The notes beneath the pieces were generated by a model, which searched no databases, had not been told where the DNA came from, and was given only the letters and a program-made list of their open reading frames with translations. Of a stretch of DNA of 64,000 nt, positions 12,336-25,325 are shown piece after piece. The position numbers and the translations under genes were made by a program. How positions within the stretch are numbered: the stretch's first letter is position 1; every line of letters begins with the position of its first letter. Source of the DNA: Negaprion brevirostris (lineage: Eukaryota); assembly GCA_030324005.1 (NCBI GenBank), contig JARDVH010000163.1, forward strand, positions 107,246,678 to 107,310,677, given 5' to 3'.

Positions 12336-15300
12336 GTCTGCATGAGAGAACTTTCTTTCACTCTTTGCCCTTCATGGCTTAATGTCAGGGGACATTCAGT
12401 GGCTCTCTTAACCACCCTCCCTCACACATCTTCCCATTGTGTGATTATTTTTTTCTCTTAAGATGTCTTCATTAATTTTAAATACCTGTAACACCTTTCA
12501 CTTCTGAGAAAGGGTTCCAAGTGCAACTTGTGTTGTTGGCTAAACAAATGTGATCTGACTTGCTTAGTGTTTACAGCATTTTGTGTTCACTTGTTTCCAG
12601 CCTCTGCAGTATTTTGCTTTCTGACCCTTCTAAAACAAAGTCAAAATTATGTGTCCCATTTGGTTCAGTGCTATAATTAGATTTAAACTTGATTTCAAAG
12701 ACATTACAAATCTCCTTCTGTAAGAGTTGATCTTGATTATTCCTTACTTTTGGATATCACGCAAATAATTTTCAGTGACGTAGCCAGCTTTACATGTGCA
12801 GTGCTAGATTTCGTTTTCAATTTTGTTACGAAATTGCTGTGTTTAATTCCATTCTAAAACCCTGTCACTGGACAAGGAATGCAGTCTGCAGATTTTCTCA
12901 GTAAATGACTGATGGAGAGCACAAGACAGCAATCTGGATGGAGGTGTTTGCATCTCTTGTAAATTCTGTCTTGAGGATGTGCCTGTTCTCGGCTCCAGGC
13001 CTTCCGATAATTGCACAGTGAGTGTCGCAGTTCTCCCTCACCTGAGAGAACTCATGCTCCACCACCGTGGGCAGAATCCTTTCGGAACTTGTGAAAGTGC
13101 CATTTTTTTGTTCATCTTTAGTTGCATTTTAATTTGAGTAACCAACCAAAATGCTTCATCTTCAGTGTACTTCAGTGAGATTACAGTTTCATTTTTTAAA
13201 CTGCAATAGTCCTGCATGTTGTTACATGCTAAAGGTGGAAGTATACTTTATTGTTTGTGTATTTTTTCTTGTTATATTCTGAACTCAGAGCCATGGAAAC
13301 ATAGTCTACAGGTATTTCCCTAAGATCCCATACCTTCAATGTTCTCATACTTGTCATTCCATTATAAAACCAGTGATTGTTCCCTGACAGAAACCTAAAG
13401 TTCTTTCATGTCCTGTATTTTTCATTCTCTGTACCTTTCAGTCAGGCTTCATGTAATAATTATAAGCATGGAGCCAGGCAGATAACTTTTTCAATATTAA
13501 TGCTGTGAATTCTTGGCCAGTACCACTCTTATGTTCAGTAGCCCTTCTTCCGCTCCTCATTTTACAGAGAGACTATAAAGAGTGTAACCTCTTGGTAAAC
13601 ATCTACGCCAGGATTAATCAAAACATGCTTGATTACTATGAAGAAAATATGTTACACAGCTTTAGGTTGTGAATTTGAAATACAAATCAGCTGCATATCA
13701 ACTAAAGAAGCAGGTTTCAAATCTCTCATAACTATCTGTACTTTTTTTCCTTGTAATTGTATTTCTGCTTTTGCATCCAAGTCCCTGTTACTTTTATCAT
13801 GTGTGATTGTACGATTACAACATGTAATCACACATTTCTGTTCTTGATTTTATCTATTTATAATTGCATGTGCTCACTAACACTAACCGTATCAGATTTA
13901 TATTGTGACTGTTGGTGTAATGTATATGGATATCTTAACTAAAGGCAAGGTATTGGGAACACCAGTGTGTGACTCGTACCTTGTTGAGTGTTCAAGGTAT
14001 CTCTTTGACTCTTGCCTTTCTTGGTCTTTTGTTTCCATGTGGATGAAGATAAACAATGTGTTTGGGCCCATGTGTGACAATAGGACTGCTAACAAAACCT
14101 ATCTAACTAATTTCTTAATTTCTTCCAGTTGCCTTAAATTCCTTTTCTGTTTTCTTCATTTATCTGTATGCAGCTTGTCGACACGGCCCCGCAGTATTAA
14201 TTGAAGGTTAACTTGAATTATTTTTATTCGCTCTCTGCACATTTACTTGCTAAGCAGTTCAATTCAAAATGAAGTAGTGATTACACAATTACTTCATACT
14301 CTTAAGTCACCACTTAATTAAGAAAAGCACGCAACTGTCATTTCTGTTTCTGCTTCGTGAACAGTTTTCTTATTGTGTTCGCTTTAGCTGTGGTTTTCTG
14401 ATGGTGGCATTCAAATAACAACAAAACTTTTTTGTTAGTTTGACAATTCTGGGAGTATCTTCATTAAATGAAACCAAATGGCTGTATTTTATCATTGTGA
14501 TTGAGTGAGATTGTCTTTTGTTCCAAGACTTGAAGTAAAATGGTGGGACTAATATCTTTTGGGGGTTGGGTGGGGGAGATGGGGGTGGTGGAAGGGTTGT
14601 GTTGTTTGTAAGTAGTGGTGGCTGTAGAAGGAAACATGTAGATTGCCAAATCTGTATGCTGCTGCATGAGGGACAGAGGGATTTCAGCACTGACAACACC
14701 TACACGTTGGAGGCTCGACTTCTATCAAACCCTGGTGGGATTCATCTCCTGGCCAGATACGTTCTGGCAGGAGCCCACTACCAAGAACATGACAGAATTG
14801 CTGCTGACATAATGAGCCCTGAGGGGACCATGATTAAGGATGGGGGAGGGCAGAGGCACTCCATCTTCTGGCATGCAAGAAAACACAATTTTTTAATGAA
14901 CAATTTTTTCTCGAGGCCTTTGCTCACTTGGATTCACTTCCTAACTGGTTTGACCTGATTGACCATATGCCACTAGGACATATGCTGGTGCTATGAATTG
15001 AGTTGGGGCTCAAAGACATAAATATTTAAATCAGTCCAAATTAACCAACATCTCTGCTGAAGAGGGTTCTGGGATGGGTGATGGTGGGGAGAGCAGTGTG
15101 CTTTCCTTGGTGCCTACAGTTTAAATTTGCAGATGGTTGGGCTGGGGCATCAGAGTTTCGAGGATAAGCCTTGATTCATTTCAATGCCTCCCTACCACCA
15201 CTCACTGATTTCCGTGCTGGGGGATAGAACCAAGATTCCTTGACTGCATATATGACAAAGCTGAGTTGCGTAAGTTGATGAAAAGATACCATTAAGTGCA

Positions 15301-15699
15301 GGTTCTCGACCTTGCACAGTGCGTCAAACTTTTATTGGAGTTGCAATACGCTTACTGCTTTCAGAGACACCATTGCTAGGGACTATGTGCTGGCAATGAA
15401 CTGCCACAGAAATAATATCTACTGAGTACTCCTCAGCTGTTCCATGTTTACCACTGGTTTCTTGAGCATAGAATTATNNNNNNNNNNTTGAGGTTATATG
15501 TTTATTTGGGTCTGTAATACCTGGTATTGTCATGTATGTCTGTCTGGACAAGGGGACTGAAATTGGGGCCTGGGATAAATTGAAGGATTTGGGATTTTTT
15601 TCCTACCTTGCCTGAGAGAGGTGGGGGTGAAGAATTTAGCAGCACAGCTAATAACATCTCTACAACTCTCAGTCCTCCTTTCCAAGAAATATAAAAGAA

Positions 15700-16790
15700 A
15701 TGCTTTGATAAGTGTCATATCAGTACATAAAGAGGCATTTAATCCATCACATCTGCACACGCTCTTTAAAACAATGTACTCAGTCCCATTTTCTTGCATT
15801 TTCCAAATCTTGCTTTTTTTATCTTTTTAAAATAGTTATCTAATTCCAATCTAAAAACTGTTCTAGATTTAATTTCAAACAACATTTCTGGTAAAAACAC
15901 TCCATGTCTTAAACTCCTCTGTATAATTAAACAAAAAATATCTCTTAATGCTTCCCTTTATTATTTTGGTGATGATCTTAAATTCTTGGCTTCTCATTGC
16001 TGACTCCATAACCGGTGAAAATTGTTTTTCCGGATTTACCTTGTCAAAACCTCATCATTTTAAACATCTCTATCTGATCACATTTTAACCTTCATATGAA
16101 AAGAGCCCTAGTTTCTCTGGTTTCTCCTCATAACTGAAACCTCTCAACCCATAATACCATCATAGTAAATCTCATTATGTCCTTTCCATGGCCTCAAAGA
16201 ATAACCGAAAATAAGCCACTCAAAACCTGATGCAATTCTCTCATTGTAAACAAACTAATGATATGCAAATGTTTGACATTAATGCTCAGCTTTTATCCTC
16301 TGTAACCTTTTTTGAAAAATTTAGGATCTCTTATGCATGTAAATAGCCTTTATAGCTTGTTCCTTGACTTTAAGAGTTTATCTAACTACTTTTTAAAGCA
16401 TGCTCATTCAGTGCTCTTATTCTTCAGAAAGCTACCAATTGGAATTTTTGTGCATTTTTATTTGATATCTGTTCAAACTACTAACTTTTGTTTGACTTCC
16501 TGAAGCTACTTACAATTTTCTTCACAGTCAAGTATGCTTGCTGTATCTGTGTCCTCTGTATGGTTTGATATTGTGCCCTCTATACACAAGTTCAGATTGT
16601 TTAATTTTGTATATAGAGATGAACAATGGTCCCAGTACTCAACTAAGGCACACAACTGTTTTGATTCCATCAGTTTAGAAAAATAGCCTTTAACTGTGAC
16701 TTTTATTTCATCCCTTTAACCAACTTAGTGTTCATACAACATTCATTCCGTTTCAGTAAAGTGCCATGATGCCTGATTGCCGCCTCCCTT
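15700..16790 (-). mobile_element. Highly decayed CR1-type LINE 3' region
   Basis: Colinear degraded similarity to the clearer minus-strand CR1 copies at 51465-52980 and 41185-41720, e.g. aacaatggtcccagtactc and ccctagtttctctggtttctcctcataactgaaacc. Confidence 0.5.
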
Positions 16791-17369
16791 TTTAATATTG
16801 ATATTCAACTTATTTACTAATGAACTCGCTGTGAAGTGCTTTTGGACATCTGAGGATGTAAAAAAAGCTCTACATAAGTGCAAGTTATTTCTTCTTGCCG
16901 TCTGCTCAATAGTCAATTTAAATAGCTTGTTTATGTTAACTGAGCATGAAGCCTTCCCTATTCTAAAGCTCTTACCTTTGTATCTTCATTAAGCCATGTA
17001 ACCTCTGTACATTCTGTTAGGCCTCTGACTGGCTGACATAGAGTTCTTTTACAGTAATGGGTTTACAAACCTGCTAACTTATTGACATATTTCAGCACTG
17101 CCCTCTCCCACCAAGATCTGATTATGATAATAGATTGCCTACGTGTGCAAGAGACTTTTCTCAATTTTCTATATCAGAGGTTACCAGGATTTTCGGTGGC
17201 TGCTGCAAAGATTTTCACCATTTTTGTTGAGCAGAAGGTTACATGCTGTGCTGCTGGATTAGTGGCTTCTGATCATCTATACCAGCCAAACAACTGCTGC
17301 GATCCTGTCACAATGATTGTTATCATTGGTAAATTTCCTTTTACTGCTAATGAGGCACCTGGAATCATA

Positions 17370-18000
17370 GCCGGGATTTTTGGGATGTAGGGAGCTTCCG
17401 TCTCGCCATTTGGGTCGTCGGTGGAGAACACAGCCCCGCCAATTCGCGTGCCTCTCAGTGATTTCATACTCCAATGAGTCTTCATTGGCTGCAGACTGGC
17501 CTTCCATCCCGCCTTAGAGAGCTGCTGGCTAACCTGATTGTCTGACAGATCTGTACTCCCTGCAGGGGATAGGACTGGCACTGCAAACAGCCCTTAGAGC
17601 CTAGGTCCTAGGATTCCAGGAAAAGATCGGCACTTTTCAGGGGTGGGGGTGGAGGGGGGTCTTGGGTAGTGGTGATCCGGGAGGGGTTAGAGAGTGGACG
17701 ATTTGAGGTTGTGGGTCGAGGCGGGACAGGTGGAGGTCCAGTGGTTGCCGGTTAAAAGAGGGTTTCTGATGGAGACAACCACCCACCCCTCTTCCCTCTC
17801 AGTGCCTAAGCCCAATTGTTTGGGCCTCAATTGGGGTAAGGCAGTTGAACAGTCTAAGGCCTCGCCTGCCCACACCAGCGTAAAATTGCTGGGAGGTCCA
17901 GCAGTGGGAGAGAACCCAACGGGAATCTATCCATGCTATTTCACACTCACACTTCACCTGAAACATGCCAGCGTAACGTGGGAGTGTAAAACTCATGCAC
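17370..18000. mobile_element. Decayed GC-rich non-autonomous DNA element (Harbinger-like ends)
   Basis: A GC-rich island in AT-rich intron. It starts gccgggattttt, ends gtaaaactcatgc and has the internal palindrome cccaattg...caattggg. Similar end styles occur at 53850-53976 and ~21870-21982. Confidence 0.4.
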
Positions 18001-21000
18001 GTGTTTCAAAATTGTAGCTTTCGCTAATTTTGTTAAACATAAAATGATAAGCAAATGTTTCTACCCATTTGTTTTTAGAGATGCAAACAATCTAGCCCAT
18101 AATTGATTTAATGTTTTGGGAGGAATTAAACGATTAATTGGAAAAAAAAATTAGATTTTTGTTATTACATGGGAACAGAGAGGTAGGGGGTGTTGTGGAA
18201 CAGGATGGGGTGGGGGATAAATGCGGGGATGGGAATGAATTCAGTACCTCCCAGCATCCTGTAATTCCAGGTGTTGATGATCGTTCTACCTCAGGCTAGA
18301 GCTCAGTTGTGCAGCTGTTCCATACATTCTGGCAGCATGACACAATCATAACCAAAGAGTGTTTAATTTTGCAGTATTTCTTTGCATGCAGAAGGATCCA
18401 GATGGCTTTCATTTTAAAAAAAAAGTGACAGCCCTAGGGACACCAAAATTCACTGCTTTTAGACATAAAGTTACTATCTTACCTCGGCATTGTCGCTGTC
18501 CCAGCAAAGCCGTTGCCTCTTGTCAGTCTATAATCCTGCATAATTTTAATTCACCCTGATTTACTATGTCATGTTCTCAGAGAGATGAAAATTGTGCTAT
18601 TTAATTGAAGCATTTTCTATAGCTCAGCCATGGTGCACCCCTTAGTTAGGGTCTGCACTTAGTGTTGCTGACATTGTGCAGAGTGATCAGATTGACAGTA
18701 CTGTATAATTGCATGGTGTAAAATCCAGCTCCTCACTCGGGCACTCACATACTGCCAATTCCCTATGCCTTAAAGAAGGATGTTAAACTAAGTGATTTCA
18801 CATAAAGTTGATATTGTTTGTTTAATACTCGTTTGCAGGAAAAAATAGCTGTGCCTATTCTTTTCTCCCATTTTTGCAATCCTGGTAGCTTGCCATAAAA
18901 GTAAAATAGAAATCTGCTTGTTACTCAAGACAGCAGGAAAGCCAGGAGGTGGAAGGAACCAAGTTATCTTATTCAAAATGCCATTTGTCTATCCTATAAT
19001 TGTTAATACCTCTTGTGAACAATTTTCACTCAATATAAGGGCTATGTCAGTACAAGATCAGAAGAATTTGTTTCTGTGTGAGCTTTTCCAGGCAATTCTT
19101 TATAATGGGGGTGGGTTGATAATTCCAGTCACACGGTGTTACATAAACAAATGTGCATCACAGAACAGCTTCAGATAATCTCTTTTTACTGACAGGGTTA
19201 AAAATGCAGTGCAAATGGGCATTAATGGCTAGCTAAGTTGCAATAAAAGCTCGTAAATTCCTGGAGTAACAGTGCCATGGAATAAAAAATAACTTGGTAA
19301 AGACAAACCCGAGACCTGAGTTTTGCATTCTAAGAATGCCGCTTTGACACTCTGCTCAAAAGTATGGGTGCATTTCTTTGGCAATTATGTACTTTAATTA
19401 TTTAAAATATGTATCTGTGCCAATGCAAAATAAGTGCCAGCAGACTGAATGTCGTTTCCTGTGGAAAGATCATGCCAGCACAAAACTGCTCAAATTCCTC
19501 TCCAGTTCTAGAATCTGATTCCAAAAGAGATAAGAATGGAAGTGCCAACACAAATGCAACAGGAAGTCATTTTCTAAGATCCTTAATTGAAGTTTTTTTG
19601 GCTATTTTTGCTGAGCTTTAATTGACTTTGGTGTGCTATATGTTGACATCCAGTCTTCAGTAGAAAATGTTTTTGTTCCCCAAACAGTCGTCACTCATCT
19701 TACTCAGCATATAAATAATAAAACAAGACCTGGTTTGTCCTGTTCTTCGTCCATATCTCTCATTACTTTGTTAAAAGCAAATTACATGACGCATTTGATC
19801 AAATCCCACTGGAAAACAATAGGACTTGGTTTTATTTTTACTCAAGTACGTCACTTACCTCTCCCTTTCCTTCTTTCCTCCACCTCACTATACCCCAGGC
19901 TTTTTGCCCCATGTATTTCTCAGAGAGAGTAAATTTGTAAGCTACGACTGACTTCCCCTCTCTAAGTTTGGGGGGCATAAAATGCTTTCTGTTCCCCCGC
20001 TTCATCTGATGGTACAGTGTTCAGCATTCTTCGCCTCTCTACTGCGTTCCCCCCACCTCCCAACTCCTTGCTGTTCACCTTTCAAAAGCTTCCTCCTCCC
20101 TAATCCTTCTCCTGCTATTTCTCCCATCTGTTTTGTCCTCTGTGAAGCATTTTATGTCACTTATCTTGTTGTCTTGAAGTTACATTGTTCTTCGAGTTAA
20201 TTGCCTCAAAATTAACTGTTGAAATTCCAGACAAAAATGGCTGCTGAAGTTGTCCTCTACCTAAAAATCTTCAACCTAAAGATTAGGAAATGTCTGCAGT
20301 ATATCGGTTATTTAAATGAATTAACTTGTTAAAAGAAGCTGGGTAGCACATCATCTGTGGCTCTTAAACTGCCTACCACATGTGTGCTGAGGTTTTATTA
20401 GCATTGCACTGTACTATTAAGTCTACTTTGTGGAAAAAGTGACAGAGTATCATCTAATATTTAGAAATTTCTCTTCTGCCCCTCAGCTGAGAATGCTGAA
20501 TTAGGACCACAAGCTGTAGTGGATTATTATCTAAATTTCTAATCCATAGATAAGGAGAGAGGCCCAAATGTGGGAAAATGACAAATTCTTGAGCAGTTTT
20601 CTTGTGTGAACACCAGTCAGGTGAGTGTTAGCATTCTTTTTGACCACATGCACAATTTTAGTTGAGCCCAATGCACCTTCCAGCATGATCAGATCATGAC
20701 AACCAACAGTGGCAAATCTGACAGTTTTGGCGGCTTTGTCCCAGGACAGTAAAGATAATTTTAGTGTTCCAGTTGATATCCAGACTGAGACTAACAGACA
20801 CCACACAGAATGATAATCAGTAACCGGTAGATATGCAGAGCAATACTTTAACTCGGTTAGTGACTATTTGAGGAAATTTGTATACTTTAGTCTTAAGGCA
20901 ATGGCCTGGATTTTGCAGTCAGTGGCATGGCCAGTGGCCTTTGAGAAAGTCACTTAGCCATCTCTGTGGAGTAGATTTCTACTTTCCTGACCTCACTTTG

Positions 21001-21327
21001 AATCTCGAACCTCTCCTAATGACAAGGCGATCTCCAGGTATCCAGCAACAATAATATCATGATGCAGGCTAAGTAGCCAATCATATTGAAGTATTCTCAC
21101 ACAAGGCAAACTAGGCGTGAAAAAGCCACTGAAGGTTTTCAATTTTAATTCTGCACAGAACAAAATGAATGATTGGGACACATGTGGGATTAAGATAGAA
21201 GCTAAAATATTAAACATTTGAAGTAAGACATTTCTTGTAACAGATAAATTTGACATTCAACCAATATGGAATCACTCTTGAGGGCAGTGAAGCTTTTAGC
21301 AATAATTATGAACTCATTTCCCCAGTT

Positions 21328-21643
21328 TCATAGGATCCTCAGAGTGCAGAAAAAGGCCACTCGGCCCATTGAGCCTGCACCGACAATAATCCCACCCAGG
21401 CCCTATCCCCGTAACGCCATGTGTTTACCTCGCTAATCCATTTAACCTACACATCATGAGACACTCAGGACCAATTTAGCATGGCCATTCCACCTAGCCT
21501 GCACATCTTTGGAGTATGGGAGGAAACTGGAGTACCCGGAGGAAACCCACGCAGACACGAGGAGGATGTGCAAACTCCACACAGACAGTGACCCGAGCCG
21601 GGAATCGAACCCAGGACCCTGGAGCTGTGAAGCAGCAGTGCCA
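21328..21643 (-). mobile_element. HE1-like V-SINE (tRNA head, V-domain, CR1/HER1-type tail)
   Basis: The minus strand reads GGCACTGCTGCTTCACAGCTCCAGGGTCCTGGGTTCGATTCCCGGC (B box), then V-domain CTGTGTGGAGTTTGCACATCCTCCTCGTGTCTGCGTGGGTTTCCTCCGGG and tail ATGGGCCGAGTGGCC...GGATCCTATG. The 5' end runs into an N gap. Confidence 0.9.
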
Positions 21644-23179
21644 NNNNNNNNNNNNNNNNNNNNNNNNNNNNNNNNNNNNNNNNNNNNNNNNNNNNNNNNN
21701 NNNNNNNNNNNNNNNNNNNNNNNNNNNNNNNNNNNNNNNNNNNCTGCACATCTTTGGAGTATGGGAGGAAACTGGAGCCTCTGGAGGAAACCCACACAGG
21801 CACGGGGAAAACGTTTCACGTCATTCAATAAGGTGTAAACTTTTCAAGAATCTTTACAGGGAGACTAAGGGAAATTCTCCCATCCCGTCCGCCCCGGGCA
21901 GGACACAGGCCAAGCAAAGGTCAGTTCACCTTGGGCAGGATTCTCCAGTCTTGGGACGAGCACGGCCAGAACATCTGGCCCTAAGAGTGCAAGTTCTTAC
22001 CAGTTCAATGATTTCCAATTGATTACAGTCGGGCGCACCCTCTGAGATGCATGGACTCATTGACAGCAAATTCTAGCTGTCCAAATTTACCTGCACGTGT
22101 TCGGACTCCAGAAGTTGCAGTCAGTTTCAGAGGAGCAATTACAGCAAACGCTGACAGTTCTCCTGTCATAACTACCATAAAGTCTGGACCAGTATTTTTA
22201 TAATTGTGTTAAGCATGTGATCTGGTTTCCCACGTCCTGGAGCTAAATTATGCTAGCATGAGTTGATTTGAATCCAATAAAGAATTTTAAACACCCTGTA
22301 TTATAGGAAACTAATTTTGTCGTACTGCAAACTGATTTAAGTTAACTGTTTTCTATCCGTTGGGTTATACGTTTTTTTTTGCTTTCAATAATTGGTGCAT
22401 TCCCTCCTTTGCTTAAAAAAACATCTTTTTGTAATTTAAGAAAATTTATAGAAACAACACACTTTTTAAACAGTTTTATGATTGTGAAATTTGGGTCAGG
22501 AGACAGCATACTAAAGCTGAATGCTCCTCTGGCGGTGCATGCTATGTGACCAGCTGGTTCCGACGCAGCCTGTGTTGTGCCCCATCTTAAGAAAGGCACT
22601 GGCATGCACGGTCATTGCAAACACCAGAAGCAATGAAACTCCTGTGATTTTGATATCACATCGCCATACCAATAAATGAGACACCCCTTTCTCAAATTGG
22701 GACCACGCAGAGTCCAAATTTGACTAAATTTCAGCAGTACTCAACAAAGATTAAGCATTCAGCTGCAAGATGGCCTTTCCCTAGTTATATTTTCAGGGTC
22801 TGTCAACATGTTGAGGCACCGTTGACAAGGTTCTGCTGATGCCGAGTTTGTGGAATCCCCTGATTGTGTTTGGAGTTGGTATTTGAGTGTTGGTGCTTAG
22901 GAGACAAAGGAGTGTTTGATGTAGATATAGGGGGGATTATGGCGGAACTGCCTCTTGTTCTGCAACATGAACATGGAATAAAGCCAAGGACACAGAAAGG
23001 GGAAAGCTCCGATTTGAAGGAGGAAGGTTCTACACAGAAGGCCTATATACCGAGGTTTTCTCTCAAACGCATCTGGGACCTGCATCTCCCCGGGAGCAGT
23101 GTCTAAGATGACCTGGGTACAACAAGAAGGTAGTCATCGGATTGTCATCTCCTTCAGCTTAACCTGGAGTCTTATAGTA

Positions 23180-23810
23180 GGACAAGGTGACCATGAAGGT
23201 GACTGTCACCTTCCATCTTTATGATATTGGGAAGGATTGGGAAGCATTGGCAACATTGCACAGTATTCTGTCCATTCCAGCATCTGGAGGATTATGGAGA
23301 CAAGTTGAGGATAGTTCATTGTCTTTTCATTGAGCTGGGACAAGCAGGATGAGGGCAGATGGCTTTGCCAGGATTCCTGGTGGTGTAGGAAACTGCTCTG
23401 CAGGCTGTACATATCAATAAAGTGGGGCTTTGGATCAGAAGGGGCTCCCATTCCATAAATATGTCGTTGATGCGTGACCTTGTCAAGACCATCAATTGGT
23501 ACATGCTGATTAACCTGGCAGTAGCCACAATGCAAGCAGCATGCACCGATCAGTCTGACCAGCCATCCCCAAGCCCCTAGAGGAACCAGGGGAGAAGGGC
23601 AATCCCCTCTGAACAAGGCTGATTACCCACTTTTGGCACTTAGTCGTGCGAGGCTGTTCGAGCCAGGAAGCCAATCAGAACATTGTCAAGCAGGCAATCA
23701 GCCTTCTCAAACAATGGTTCCATTGCCTTGACTGCGTGGAAGACATTGGAGTACACTTTTGAAGTTTATGGTGCTCTGCTGCTTTCCCCAAACTTAGCAT
23801 CATGAGACTG
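23180..23810 (+). pseudogene. Decayed PIF/Harbinger DDE transposase (HARBI1/DDE_Tnp_4-like)
   Basis: Four motifs occur in order, broken by stops and frameshifts: VTMKVTVTFHLYDIG at 23187 (cf. VAVKVTVALNFYATG); RRGSHSINMSLMRD at 23437 (cf. RKGFHSINVQLVCD); VHAD*PGSSHNA at ~23500 (cf. ARYPGSSHDA); VKQAISLLKQWFHCLD at 23685 (cf. IEQAIGLLKMRFRCLD). Confidence 0.8.
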
Positions 23811-24829
23811 CAGTCCCTACATCCAAGAATCCAGCACTACCTTGGGGGTTGGGGATTGGTGGTAGGGAGAATGAAGAGGAGGAGAACGAGTTAGTGGGGC
23901 AGTGGCATCCTGGATCCCTTGTTACTGGAGGAGTTGAGAGAGATTAGATGATCAGGCTTCAATTTCAACGAAATAACTTTCCTACTCCCAAGATGGAGAC
24001 AGTTGCCCACCGTTACAACTTCTAAAGACACCCCAACACAACAACCCCTTGTCCACCATCCACCAATAAAAGCCACTCTATGTTTTATTCTGAAGCACAT
24101 CCAATTGTGCACAAAGAAACTAACTATTCACTCTTGTATGTTCCCTTTATGCCAGATTGGCAAGTGTTTGTTCTAGTGCTATCCAGTGTTGTAGCATGGC
24201 TTGTGGATGACTGCTGGCTTTTAGTGGGATGGGCTAGATGGCTTTGCAGGATGTAGTTTTGGATCTTTATATAACTTTGGACTGCCCCAACATGGGCAAC
24301 AGCAGCCTAGGCTGGTTGTCCGAATGCCAACAACAAGGGCGTCAGCAGAGGATGGTGATATTGGAACATGAATGCCATTATCCTGAGAGAGGACACTAGT
24401 TTTGTGTACCATAATGCTGTTGCCAATCCACTGGCCACACCTCAGCAGCTCTAGTAACCTGTTGCAGTACACTTTTGGAACTTGCTTGTCCCTTTGAGCA
24501 AGGCAATCCAGCAGCAGTCTTAGTGTGTATGGATTTCATGGTCTCTGTTTGAACTTCCACTGCAGCATTGACATTGTGTGGTTTCCACCAGTGCTGCAAT
24601 GGAAGCTGTGATAGCAGCTACTGAACAGTCAATCATTGTTGTTTCTGTTAGTGCTGTCATGGAGGTGACCTCCATTTCACACTGGAAAGAATGACCTCCA
24701 AGCTCCATGTCCATAGCAAGCTAGTTAACAAACTTTTCCACCTTGTGCATGCTCATCGGCATTCTCCTGTATACTGCTCCCCCAAGGTCCTCAGTTGAGT
24801 CCCCTGCAGCAGAACTTATCTTTAGCCTA

Positions 24830-25125
24830 ATTCAAACTTAAAGTTTATTTTATTAGTCACAAGTAAGGCTGCAATGAAATAACGCTGCAATGAAGTTACT
24901 GTGAAATTCCCCCAGGAAAATCTCTTAGTCACCACAGTCCAGTGCCTGTTCGGGTCAATGCACCTAACCAGCACGTCTTCCACAATGTGGGAGGAAACTG
25001 GAGCACCCGAAGGAAACCCACGCAGATACGGGAATGTGCAAACTCTGCACAGACAGTGACCCAAGTCGGGAATCGAACTCGGGTCCCTGGTGCTGTGTGA
25101 GGCAGCAGGACTAACCACTGTGCTA
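24830..25125 (-). mobile_element. tRNA-derived V-SINE with alternative 3' tail
   Basis: Minus-strand A box (GCACAGTGGTTAG), B box (GAGTTCGATTCCC) and V-domain. The tail TTTCACAGTAACTTCATTGCAG...CTTGTGACTAATAAA is the same as in 6101-6348. Confidence 0.85.
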
Positions 25126-25164
25126 CTGTTGAGTTGGTGCACAAACTATCTTTTCCCCTCCAAC

Positions 25165-25325
25165 AGAAACAGAATGCTGGAAAATGTCAGCAGGTCTGAC
25201 GGTATCTGTGAAGAAAGAATAGAGACAATGTTTTGTGTCAGGATGACTCTTCATCAAACCCTTTATTGAGACATTCGAACATTTCCTACTGGTGTTTCAG
25301 GTTCCAGCATCTGCAGTAAATGACA
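25165..25325. mobile_element. Partially deleted copy of the palindromic Penelope-derived element
   Basis: Left arm agaaacagaatgctggaaaatgtcagcaggtctgacggtatctgtg...ggatgactcttcatca, and terminal ttccagcatctgcagtaa from the right arm. Confidence 0.65.

Noticed and set aside
21560-21643. tRNA-like A/B boxes here and at other SINE heads
   Set aside because: They run directly into SINE bodies and show no complete cloverleaf, so they are not tRNA genes.
21744-21812. Second V-SINE piece right after the gap, sharing 34 nt exactly with 21499-21532
   Set aside because: Cannot distinguish a tandem SINE from mis-assembly at the gap.
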